A stretch of 64,000 nt of DNA from Marsupella aquatica. Lineage: Eukaryota > Plantae > Marchantiophyta. Numbering within the stretch: the stretch's first letter is position 1; each line of letters opens with the position of its first letter. The translations under genes were made by a program, and so were the position numbers. Under the pieces are notes generated by a model that was not told the origin of the DNA, did no database searches, and worked only from the letters and a program-made list of their open reading frames with translations. Location: contig OZ316898.1 in the NCBI GenBank assembly GCA_973895155.1, forward strand, positions 11,865,187-11,929,186, given 5' to 3'. Positions 11,753 to 24,600 of the stretch are shown piece after piece.

Positions 11753-13636
11753 GACATAGTAACTACTAACGGACCCACTTGGTCTGGTCTGGGTTGTGCG
11801 GGGAGTACTGTAGGATTCATTCAGGATTCATTCAGCCCTGTGATATGACGAGAATCTCCCGATGATTTTGGTTCCAATTTAGTAGGTGTTGTCGGACTTT
11901 TGATTACATGACTGTACAGTACTCGTATCTTTTGGAAAAGGTCTTCTTAAAGATGGAAAGTTTTGTTTAATCTCGAACAGTTCTTCGTTCTCAAAAGCTT
12001 TGCATCGCTGCAGCTCTGCTCACATCTTTCAGAAAAGCCCTTCGAAGCTTTTAAAACTCGAACAGTTCTTCAAAAGTTTTCATCATTGCAGCTCTCACGC
12101 AGGGCTTGCAGCCTCCCGTAAAGTTTTCGGGTGACTTCTTGAATAATAATTTGTGTGGTAGTGAATTGTTTTGTTACCAAGTCTTTGCAGGACAACTAAC
12201 TCCACTACCAGTAGCCACGGATCACTCTAAAATGCTTGAGATGCCTGCTCCTCAAAGGGCTGCGTTCTTCCCTTTTCCTACTGATCCCGAGATCTTGCCC
12301 CAAGTACAGCGAGGACAACACGTTGTGGCCCCAATATGCTCCTTCGTATGGGGTCGTGTAACATAATTATGGTCTGAGCAAGTCAGCGGTCGGAAAACTT
12401 CCCACAACCGGCCACTTGGTGGTTTCTCAAACTGATCGAGCGGCCCAAGGAATTGCGGGCCTCAACCAATGAAATCTACAGTGGCAGTCTTGCCTGCAAC
12501 AACCTTGTGAAAAGAATCAAATTTCCAGTAGACGTTTCTATTGTTCGTTGAACTGAATGGTTAGATTTCAATTCACCTCGTCGAACGCGGTTTTCTGAAA
12601 AAATGATTCAACAGTTGCACTATAATAATCTTGGGATGCTGTCTTCAGGGTAGACTTAGGATTTTCTGGTCGTGTTGTCACACGTGATGGGGCTCGTCTG
12701 CCGTTGAGGCATTTCTTCATCAATAAAATCCCCGCATCTCAGACGTGAAGGGCTCCTTTTCTTGCAATACAACTACCATAGCTACACGTTGAAACAACAT
12801 TCATAATGGGAACAGTGATATCGCACTGGAATTCCTGTGCGCCATTCGCCAAGACTGTAAACTCCCGTTAAACTGCGCGACACCCCAACAGCAATCACCA
12901 CCCGTCCCTCTCCTTGCACATATACCCCTTTTCGATTTCACCACCTACTGCTAGTTTACTGCCCACCACCAGGTCTAGAGTGTCCCCCTTCCAACCACAA
13001 AATTTATAGCCCGATTGATCCTACTGTTAGCCTTAAGATTTTCAAAGTTCGTGTTTAAGAATAAGAGTAAGACGAGAATTAAAAAACGAACACGTATCCT
13101 GCAGCGTTTCGTGGCTCTTTCAGCGCAGTGTGTGATCCACATCCGTAAAGATCCCACAGATAATCAAATGGATCCAATGGACGTCTGTGAAGGTTACAGC
13201 GCTTGGTGAACCTTGAAGTCGCAGAGTGGTTCATTCAGATTACGAAATGACGATAGCAGGCTTGTTTTACACTTCTTAGGCCAATTTAAAAAATCCGGCA
13301 ATCCAGGTAATAATCAGATTCAAATCATGTAGAGAACGCGCCAAATACCTTTGCGTTTCCAATTCTTGACACTCTAATTCCAAGAGACTCTCTGAGCACC
13401 AATATGGCTCAAATTCGTCATCTCTTCTCCTGGGAATAGAATACTTAGATGTAAAATCTCATAGTCTGTGCAACATTCACGTACATGTGCAAAATATTTG
13501 CTCCTTACTATAACCTCCACAGGACTGGAAATTGAATGATGTACTGGATTACTAGTAGACGGCTTTATTTGGCTTTTCTGTAACGGCAGATTAACATTTG
13601 AAGAGCCATAACTCAAAGCAATATTATCTGTGCAAT

Positions 13637-16600
13637 TCATCTTGCCCCAGCTAAGGATGCCCTTGCTTCTTTCACAGCCGTCACTCTCCTTCGCTTCAGC
13701 TGTCAGAACGCAATCAGTCAAATACAAAAACGCATGTAAATTCTAAAAGCTACGCGTCAGGTGTTATAATCGATTAATTTTTCTTCAACAAGCAAAAGTG
13801 TAAGCCTCAAAAGACCAAGCTCTAGCAACAAATTCAACAACAGCATGCATTCGGGGCAACCTAAGCGCCATAGGTAACCACAGACCTTTTCAGCATCGAA
13901 AAGATCTTCAGCCACCTTTTCAGCTTCCTTGCGTTTTTCCTCCCGCGTTACATAGTCTCCCATTTCTTGCCTATAAGAAGACTCCCTGCGCGTTCAGGCT
14001 CACCAAATTTCAAGAGACAACGAAAGAAGCTTCGACAAAAATCTACCATTTGGGTGATCATGTGGCACGCGGTCTACATCCTTATATGTTCCCTAGTGCA
14101 GAAGTTGCAAAAAGGGGGGAAAAAAGAAAACTACTTTCACTGCCTTGGTTTGACAGTCCAACTTGAGATCTACTCAAGCATAGACTACGAGCTATTTCTA
14201 TCTAGAAAGTTTCCACAAATTAGAGAATGCGCGAAGTAAAACTGCTGGATCACAATATGCTGCAAACCTGTAAGGTTCTTTCGCAAATGGCACCAAAGCG
14301 CTGAAGCTGTTCCCAGATGTGGTATGCGCCTGTCAAAGAGGTACTGGTTACTGCATGGACCACACATGAGACAAATCCAAGAGTAGCGATGGCTAAAGGA
14401 CAGCCATTTTCAATAATGACACCATAATTCAGGCCGTAGATTTAGTCTCTTATAGCTCTTCTCTGTCACCAATTCCTTATCACAGAGCCCACTTAGCATC
14501 TACGTCTGCCTAGACACCATGAAGAACTACAAAATCCGGAACTGGTCCATACTCCCCTACATTGACGTGCCATGGGAAAACTAACTCAAGAATTGCATAG
14601 AAGATCAATAAATGATTCAACAGTTTTTACAATCCCAGAAAATCCTCTGTTAGTATTATCACATGAAACCTTTTTGAATCGCTTGAAGTTTGGAACTGCT
14701 TCATTCCAAGCTGCTGCCGTTGATCCATTCCGATCCCTCCGGACTATCAATCCACTGCTGAAGATGATCTCCGCCCTAACTTCATCGCTAATTCCTGAAG
14801 GTACTTCAGTTTTTGGAAGTGCCATTGGCGGACGTTCAACACCTGCAACCTTGACTGGCTCCTTGCTTGAGGTCTCAACAGCTGCTCCTGACCTCAAAAG
14901 GTCCCTATTGGACGGATCCACCAGGGCTGCATTTCTAATGATCGTTTTCTCAGTATCTTTGCTGTTTAATCGTGGTGATTGCCACACAGATGAGGTTTTC
15001 AAAACTGCATTAAGTTGGTCTAAAGTTGCAGGCTCCTTCATCTTATCCACAAATGTCCGAGGAGGCAGCACTGATTTTAATTCCGTAGCCTGAAAATTGG
15101 AACACACATCTCATATTTCATTGTAGTAATTGTCCAGATATAAAACTAAAAAATAGCTCAAAAGGGTTCATACCAGCAGCAGCTCTTGCAATCCTCCATT
15201 GAAAAGCTGTAGCGTTCATGATGGTCTAGGATAGTTACACTGGTAATAGGTACAGACTGTAGCGGGGACTATTTCCAAGCCTCTAGCCAGGAGTGCATAA
15301 TATTTTCACATACTTTCAAACTCAATACTTCCAAAACAAGCTACCAAAGTCTTCCTTGCATGTTATTTGACCTGATTTCTTGCTTGAGGAAGTGAGGAGG
15401 CAGAGTCGTCCTCATTGTCCAGACCCTCCTCATCTACAGTCTCATCAGTGTCTGCACTTGCAGCTGCCACAAAGCCAATCATTATTAGAAATGCCAATGA
15501 ACTCAAATCCAAAGAGAAGTTACAATACCTGATCATTCCATCACCTAAACTGTTTAAACCAGTACGACGATCGACCCAGATCATGGCACCTTTGGATGTC
15601 ATACCTGGGGCGAGACTAACCAAAGACAGCTCCAATTTTGCACTTAATATGCTTTTCAGTAGATAGTCCTCGCTTGTCGGATTCAAATGCTTAACCGCAG
15701 TCAACACCTTTCTTCCGAACCATTGTTTGGAGGCTTGCTCTGCTGAAAAAACCAGCACGGCATTCTGTTGCACCGAACCTGCAATATCCTGAGGAAGAAA
15801 AATCTCTTGCAGATATCACAGTGCAAAATAGACATTATCTCCGGCATACAAAGCTGAGCCCAGTGTTATACATTATTGAAGGAGGGACCTGCCTTAAGAT
15901 TATCTTGCGTGAAGAACTTTACCACTCCTCCGGCAACATTTACAAGAGATGGAAGATCGCGATTGCAATACTGCATCCAATGCCAGAAGTGACATGAGTT
16001 CGAGATACCCATCATGATAATTATGATACTGTAAGGCAACTGTTGTCCACGTCTAATATTCAGGATTCAAATTGTTGAGGAATGACAGCTTCAACACACT
16101 TTGATGGACACTTGATAGTATTTGACAAGGTTTCGGATCAAGAATTTTGCATTCAGTGCACAAACGCACAAAATAATTCACCAGGTCAGTAAAATTTCCT
16201 CCATACTCACAAGATATTCTTTTTGCAAGAAGACTGTAAAACCTGCCAAGGTCTCTTTCCGTGCAAGTGGCTCAGCAATTGGGGTGAGCAAACCAAGCCC
16301 CCCACTATCCATTTTCAGCGTTGGGATGTATCTGCAAGTAAGAAAGATCTTTCGGTTGTTATTAGCGGGGAAATTAAGTAAACGATAATCTCGAAAGTGT
16401 GTAGTCCCACACGTACAGTATCGTGCTGACGACATGACGATGTAAATCACCTGTCTGTCGGCACCCTACTATAATAATAATAAGTTGGTTTGATCGCATG
16501 TTCGGAAAGGTCTAAATAGACATGCATAACCACTTATTATACATATAACAGTGAATATTTCTAGAGCGTCAAAATAAAAACAACGCAGAGTATAACCCCT

Positions 16601-18867
16601 AATTTCCAGCCAAAATTCACACAATTCCCAGATTTGCGCCTTCTAAATTATTTGACGAGTTCAAATGACAAAAAAAAACAAGAACTGCTGTGTTACACTG
16701 CATATAACCAAAGAGGTTATAATTTTCTGGATTCACAACAAACTACCCCGCTACATCTGTGATCCGTTGAAGCATCTCAACTTCCCTCGTTACACTATAA
16801 TTGCTCAGAAGAGTACTAGCATTCTATGTAGATGCCACAGTACACATCCATCACCTAGACAAACTTGGTAGCTGATCTCTCGGGGACGTTTGTGACATCA
16901 AATCCTGGTCAAGGCAAGAATCGGGTTAGGAGAGAAAAACGAACAACACCTCTAGCAGTCAAGGTTTCAAATGCATGCATCCACAACGTATAAATTACAG
17001 TCTAATCGCTCTACTTTGCACATTTTCATTGCTTTTAAGATTGTTCTCTGCTGAGCACAGTGCAAACAAAATGCGTGAAAGACTTGTGGAATCAGACACT
17101 GCGTACCATATCCACTTGAGGGCCATTTGATTTCAAATTCCACTAATAGAGTCTTCAATAGCTGATCCCAATGTACCTTCAGGTTTAAGGTGGGAGAACA
17201 CAGACAACGAGACTGACCTGAAGCCATTCCAGAAGTAGCACAGGCTTTCTGCTGAGTACAGCAGCTGTGACAAGGTCTGTGACTGATGAAGCTTCCTCCA
17301 GAAGAAGATGCGTACAATGACTGTTCCATTTCTCAAACACATAACTACCTGTACCGCCAAAGACATCAGTTATGAGTAGGCTGCACAAAACCAACTTTGA
17401 CTAGCCTTGTGCCACTGCACGCGATAATAACAAAGAGCATCCAAGACTGGCTCCAGTGATCACATGATTACTACATATGATGTACAAGACCTAGCAACAA
17501 ACTTTTAAACTAGTTTTCCAGACGTCTTGATGGTTCGCTCTTCATATAGAACAGTCACGCAGGGGAGAACAGTTCACGGGAACACTCTATATTTCTTGTC
17601 GATGCCACAGACGTAAACGCTAATAGTTCTTAATTCATAGCAGAAACTCACCTACAGCTTCGGCTTTCAATCTAAGTTCGGTGGTCCTTGAGAAGGTTGA
17701 AGGAGGCATACAAAGTACGATTGGAGCGTACTGCAGTCTGCAATTTTCCAATGACGTATATTTACGCGTACAAATAAAATGAACAGTCACATGGGAATCT
17801 AGACAACTTCACGCTTGAGGGCTCAACAATTGCCATACGGAATTCAGACAAAATATACGAAACGAGATTGACACACTTGTGAGAACTTGATGCGATCCAC
17901 TTGAAATTCAATCAGAAATGTGTTGCATATTTTGAAGATTTTGACTTAGGAGAAGACTTTTGACAGGCAGGATGGTTCAGTGACCTGAAAACTCCTTGAT
18001 TGGTTCCAAACGTGATGACATCTCCTTCTTTCAAGATAGCTTCCTTATCTGGGAACGTATTTAGGGGCCTTGAGTCGGTGTCCTTGTTCACAAAGGTGCC
18101 AAACTTTGAAAGGTCCTTCAGGACAATTGAACATCTGGGTAAAGTTTTATGGTCCTTCTCGGCAGGCGGAAGCGGAGGAGCAGCCTCCACAGAAATCTCT
18201 GCATGAAGCCTTGAGATTGATTTGTCTGTTTGGATCGTTATCGTACAGTCTGTCACATTCACAACAGCACAAACATCAACGATTTTCTGACAATTGTAAC
18301 CCACTCAACTTATCAAATTATTGGTAACTAAAAACCTGAGGAAACCTATTCAAATTCGCTGGGTATGAGTCTGTGATCACGGAAAACCACGCTTAGGTCT
18401 CCGTCACTGTACTGCAAGCAGAGGATTGATCATCCTAAGACGGTACTTCTAATTCACGTGAACACGTTCAGGGATTCGTTGTGTGAGATCTAGAAAGGGC
18501 ATTTCTTACTTTGAGTAAATCTGCGTACCTTTTCGACCCACAGAAGATGTACCCGGTGCCGTGAAGTAGAAAGGACCTGCCAAAATCCCCAAATCCGGCG
18601 AGCAAAATGAGACCCTGAAGAATAGCTTAAGTTTTCAATGCTACGAGTTTCGAAGCCCATTTATCAAGAATTGACGATTACATTGTAATGCTATGGAAAT
18701 CTAATGTAAAGGGTCGAGCTGAAGGGGACCAGAGCTCGCGAAACCATGCTTAGCCACTAGAACTCTCGAAGCAAAACAGCAAAGGGGCACTTCTACAGCA
18801 ATCCAAAGTGACGGTACTGTACGATACCAGGACCAGACGAATCTGCAGCTTCCAGCAACCACACCAT
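13637..18867 (-). CDS. NBS1: Nibrin / Nijmegen breakage syndrome 1 protein (MRN complex), multi-exon
   Basis: Spliced N-terminus MVWLLEAADSSGPGPFYFTAPGTSSVGRKDCTITIQTDKSISRLHAEI...DLSKFGTFVN is an FHA domain (exons 18828-18867, 18529-18576, 17985-18249). BRCT-like exons follow (CTHLL), then the Mre11-binding motif VPNFKRFKK, SGNSFSALVPFAKEPY, and the C-terminal AEDLFDAEK. The last exon 13637-13699 reads LKRRRVTAVKEARASLAGAR*. GT-AG junctions are in phase where checked. Confidence 0.95.
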
Positions 18868-21562
18868 TGCTACACGCTGATCGTATGCTGCATCAATAAA
18901 CCTCGATGGTGGCCGAGCATTCCTTCCCAGCTCATGCAACACTCCAGATTCCAAAGACTACCTGTCACACATAATGTTCTGTGAACAGCCAGTCCACAAG
19001 TGATGAATTCAGTCCACAAGTGATGAATTCAAATTTTCTCCGCTAAATTCATATGCAAAATAGAGAGAACCTGTATGACTGTCTATTCGCCAGCTTCAAA
19101 TTGAGCTCCCTATGAGCCGAGGAGAATTTTCAATTCGACAAGGCACGATTGGGTTTATTGCCTTTGTGGTACCTTTTCAGTGTTGGCGTACCATCTCATG
19201 TTGGCCGATGTGGAGAGAATAAACAGCTTGTTTCTCACCCCTTGGAACCAGAATTTAAGTCCTTAAATCAAATCCAAGGGGATGACACCTCAAATACTTG
19301 AAGTGACGACGTTGCAAAAAGAGTTTTGACATTATTGGGCAAGAGCAAAGAGGAGCTCTCTAAAGAACAAAACTGTGAATGCAGAGTCTCTAAAGGTGTT
19401 TCTAATATGCAATTACAACAAGAACACAAAAATGTAAACCAGGGCTCCCTACCTGCAGGCTACAGTTTGCCATAATTAGTGTTACTCAGTAATAGCGTGA
19501 ATAACCACAGTAACTAAGCTTAATTGTAATGGTTTAGTTAAGCTCTCTTGATACAATGTACTCTTTGATTTAATCTCATTGTCCAGGAATCAAGTTTTCC
19601 ATAACATTTTCAAGTCACATATGCCACACTTAATTAGTGTGATACAACTGACAATAACATTCGTGGTTTCATACACCTTTTTTTATATCATCTGACCCAA
19701 CACAAATTATGTGATCCAATTCAGCAGTTAGTGTTACCAACAACACCAATTGAATCACTTGTAATGACTGTTGATACAGATTAGTCTTAGTAAGACTCTT
19801 TCTTGTGGAATTCAAATTTCTGTGAGCTACAGAATTAGTGTTACCTGCACTAACTACAGTAAACAGTGGAGTTGCTCAGCTTGCTGAAAAAGTTGGCAAC
19901 AAGAGAACTTGCTTTACACCACACACTAATGCAAGCGTCATTTGGTTTGAGTAAAAATTGCACTCAGAGATGAATGGAAGGAAAGGAATTTTGAACTACT
20001 TAATTTGTTAGGTCAAGCCCTCTTGCAAGGTTATTGTTCAAGATATAGTCACTTGCTTGCCCTCCATACTCTATTTTTGCCCTGTACATGAGACCATCTC
20101 CAACTATAATAAGGGATCCCACATTTTTTTGTCCTTCGTCCCAATATAAAAAAGTTCCTGGGCGGGAAAGATTTACAACCATTGGATTCGATTAGCTGTT
20201 TTCCCTGATCATTGATGGTGAAGAAATGTGCACCCCTGACACATATGTGTTTCATAAATGCCCTGACCGGACTCTCTATGCGCCGGCCCTCCTTGCACAG
20301 TGCAACACACTGGCATAGGGCTGGTTCTTTCATAACATTTATACATTACTGTGAGTATTCATTGATTTTAGTGTTACATTTCATAATTGGTGTTATTTAG
20401 CTCCAAAACTTCTTCTCTACTCACATAACATTGTTATTCACATTATTTACCCAGTATCACTAATTATGGCAAACGGTGTAGCCTGCAGGTAGGGGAGTCC
20501 TGGTTTACATTTTTGTGTTCTTGTTGTAATTGCATAGAAACACCTTTAGAGACTGCATTCACATTTTTTTCACATTTTTGTTCTTTAGAGAGCTCTCTTT
20601 GCTCTTGCACGATAACATCAAAACTCTTTTTGCAACGTCGTCACTTCAGGTATTTGAAGTGTCATCCCCTTGGATTTGATATGAGGACGTCATCCCCTTG
20701 GCTATGATTTAAGGACTTCAATTCTGGTTCGAAGTGCGACACAAGCTGCATATTCTCTCCACATTGGCAAACAGAGGAAGGGACACCAACAGTGAAAGAG
20801 GTACCACCTCAGTAAACCCATTCGTGCCTTGTCGAATTGAAAATTCTCCTCGGCTCATAGGTAGCTCACTTTGAAGCTGGCGAAGAGACAGTCATACAGG
20901 TTCTCTCTATTTTGCATATGAATTTAGCGGAGAAAGTTTGAATTCATCACTTGTGGACTGGCTGTCAACAGAACATTATGTGTGACAGGTAGTCTTTGGA
21001 ATCTGGAGTGTTGCATGAGCTGGCGAGGAATGCTCGGCCACCATCGAGGTTTATTGATGCAGCATACGATCAGCGTGTAGCAATGGTGTGGTTGCTGGAA
21101 GCTGCAGATTCGTCTGGTCCTGGTATCGTACAGTACCGTCACTTTGGATTGCTGTAGAAGTCCCCCTTTGCTGTTTTGCTTCGAGAGATCCAGTGGCCAA
21201 GTATGGTTTCGCGAGCTCCGCTCCCGTTCTACTCGACATTTCACATGGGATTTCCATAACATTGCAGTGTAATTGTCAATTCTTGATAAATGGGCTTCGA
21301 AACTCGTGGATTGAAAACTTAAGCTGTTCTTCGGGTTCTCATTATATTGCTCGCCGGATTTGGGGATTTTGGCAGGTCCTTCTACTTCACGGCACCGGGT
21401 ACATATTCTGTGGGTCGAAAAGGTAAAGCAGATTTACTCAAAGTAACAAATGCCCTTTCTAGATCTCACACAACGAATTCTTGAAATTGTTTACGTCGAT
21501 TAGAATTGCCGTCTTCCGGATGATCAATCCAGTGTTTTGCAGTACAGTGATGGAGACCTAAG
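18392..21562. repeat. Long inverted duplication: arms ~18392-19505 and ~20433-21562, spacer ~930 bp
   Basis: Continuous reverse-complement similarity, e.g. 18841-18920 vs 21030-21110, with arm-specific small tandem duplications at 18991-19030 and 20661-20716. Confidence 0.95.
21083..21422 (+). pseudogene. NBS1: Partial NBS1 duplicate (exons 1-2 only, 1-bp deletion in exon 2)
   Basis: ATG at 21083, exon 1 21083-21122 identical in coding sense, exon 2 21376-21422 is 47 nt vs 48 nt (gtccttctac vs gtcctttctac). Splice sites are retained and homology ends at 21562 within intron 2. Confidence 0.85.
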
Positions 21563-21654
21563 AAGACCCAGCGAAGTGCTTTCGCCATTGGTGTCTACAC
21601 TCTCTGAAGGCAAACTGGTGTCCGAGTCGGGTAGAAGAAAAGGGGAGATGCCCC

Positions 21655-24600
21655 ATGGCGACTACTACTCTGGGCTCTGCACCGGACCCAGTGGCTGTAT
21701 TACGTGCCCACCGCTCTGCCGTTACTGCTATTTCCTTTCACCCAGCTAGTGGCTGTCTGCTTTCAGGGTTGGTGGAACTCTCTGTTCGGTCTTGTTCGTT
21801 TTGGTTGATTTAGTCAGTCTATTACCAAACTGTTGACTATGGGCAAATAAAAATATATACTGACTGTGGAATTTACTCTATGTCTTGCTGAATCTCTCAG
21901 AAACCTTGCACTCGATATTCAGTAGAGATTTTCAGTCAAGGGTGAAAATGGAATCAAATAGGTTTGGAAGGATGGCTTGCGTCCGCTCTTGCATCCAGGA
22001 CATACCTCACCTAGCTTGGAAATGCTGGCTGTTGTGGAAAAAGAGCTTTTTCATCTGCCCGGCTCTCATCGCAGAAATTGGTGGTGTTGTGTTGCATAGG
22101 GATTCTGATGGTGAATTGAAAATCTGGGATGTGGTCCGCCGTAGGCCGCATTCCTCAGCCAGGTAAAGAAACAGATTATGCATGTCACTTTGTGATCTGA
22201 GGCGTTTGTACCGAACGACTTTAGATACATTCTCAACAAAGACTGTTGATCTGCAGAGTTCATCCTCCATCTTCCGGAGTAATCGGTATTGGCACCAGCA
22301 GTTATTTGGGAAGCAAGATCTTAAGGTAATCAGACTTGATGAGCCATTTCACCCTCGTGAATACCTACTTTTAAAAAGAGCTGTGTGCCAGCATAAGGTG
22401 ACATCTGGAGGTTTTATGGAATTCATGTGATGACGGCATGAATTTGACTCTTTGCTGAAATTTGCATCTCCAGTGAATCACTGATGAAGGGTCTGACGTA
22501 TTGTGTCATGTGTGTCTAGAGTCTGGACTAATCCCAATGTAGTCTAGAGGGCCAACGTAAAGAAGGCCTGGGTGTATTTCACTTCTGAATCGGAGCTTCA
22601 TTGAATGTACATATTTCAGCCAAGGTCGCGATGGGACAGTGAAGTGTTGGCAGCTTACGGATGGAGGCCTATCAAGGTGCCGTATACGTCCATATTATAG
22701 ATAAGAAATGTTGTTGTTGTGACGGTGATAGCCGAGGTTGTTCGGTGGCAATTGATGAGCTCTTGAATTGGTATTTTTTCAAACATGCCCTGGAGAACCG
22801 CAGTACAACCTAGCTTTTTGATAAATTGTGCTTCCTGGATATGTCTTTCACACTGATTTTGGTATTTTATTCTGAGAGCACTGGATTCTTGACAGACAGC
22901 CATTGCTCTCTATTAAAACGGAGTCCTACCACTTTTGCAAGTTGTCTGTACCAAAGATCAGACAAGAAAATACATCTCTCGACGCAGGTAGGCATGTGTC
23001 TCACTTGTATTACTGGTCTCTTGTCTATTTCTGATTCAATTGAGAATATCCGCCTTGACTGAAGAAACAGGCATGGTACCAATCTCTTGCATTTGTCCTG
23101 GTGTTAAAGGTTGGGCGTCTAACTCCCTTAACTCCAATTCATTTTGGAACGAATCGCAGGCAATGAGGCACCGGTTGGCTGTGGCGGGGGAAAAGGAGCT
23201 CTTATAGTGGTTGCGGGAGAGGACCCATCCATGGTATCTAATTTACCATACTCAAAGATGTGGTCATGCTTGTAGCTGACATGGGAATTTGCTGTTGACA
23301 AAGGGATTGAATTTAGGTCGGTCCATTTGATGCAAAGACTTCTTTTCAGTTTCGGGAGAAGGAATTGCAGATGAACTACTTCAAAAGCTGCTACTGTTCT
23401 TGACGTGAGCCAACTTGACCTATGCCGCAAAATGCTTGGATCAGGTTGATGTTTGGGATATGGATGCTGGTAAGAGAGTGCAGCAGCTCCAGCAACTCAG
23501 AAGTGAAGATAACCATAACTGGAACCAATCCGAATCAGCTGCTAAGAGTGCAGGTTCTATCTTATCCTTGTGCTACTGTCATGTTGTCCGTGCTTTTTAA
23601 TGGGCTGCTTTGACATTATTTCATGTTGACGACTGCAGGCATGTGTATGACAATACAAGCTTTCCAGGCTGAAGTTGGCAGCTCCCTGACCGTTTTTTCT
23701 GGGTATGTTTAAAGCATTTCGTCTTGTCTTTGGAAGGGACGCCCCCTTCCCCCCCTCCTGTTTCATGATCAATGTACGTCTATGACCCTACTTGCGATGC
23801 TATATGGGTAGTTTGGAGAGCCCCTAAATTTTCCCCTGGATTTTGACGGTGAAAGGAATTGTTTGGATTTGGGCTGGTTTGCATTGGAAAATATAACCCA
23901 CATGTTCGTCTTCTCAAGAAGGATTCTTAAGAACGTTTCAGCGATATTCTTGCAATGGAAGCGAAGAAATACTGCTGTGTGGGTGTGTCCTTCATGTGAT
24001 TGACGTATTGGTTGGATACTGTGTCAATGCTACAGAGATTCGCTGATATTCAAGTTAGTTACATCCATGTCTTCATGTGGTCAACAGGTATGAAGATGGA
24101 AGTATGGCTGTCTGGGACCTCCGCAATCCAAAAGTGCCTCAAATTAGGAGCAAATTTCATTCTGAGCCAGGTTTGACAATTCGCCGATGCATTCTTCGTT
24201 CAATATTTTTCAGTTACTGCTACTTGTTCCAAACAGATTGGAATCAAAATTCGATCTTGAGGGTCAGAAACCCGATTTCCTTTCCTGGACAATTTTCATG
24301 ATAGGTTTCTGTCCTCACTCTACTGGCAATGTAGCTCGTGCATGTTGGGCAGTTCAACTTTAAGGATGCAATGTTCTTTATCCCCCACCCAGCTTGTTTA
24401 CTAAGGGCAAGACTGTTTAAAGTAAGCTTCAGCCACACTAGACTAACAGAAAGCAATGTTATTTGTGCACTTGAGATCTTAAGAAGACGAGAACATCAAG
24501 TTTTGGACTAATCTTTACTGACTATCTCCTTGTCTCTGTAGTTCTTAGCATTGGTATGGCTTCTTCGCTCAAAGGTGGAGTCTCTGGGGCAGCTGACGAT

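Noticed and set aside
10900-12100. Possible miRNA precursor
   Set aside because: No conserved land-plant miRNA sequence or extended hairpin found by eye.
14572-15093. 173-aa plus-strand ORF
   Set aside because: Antisense shadow of a long NBS1 exon.
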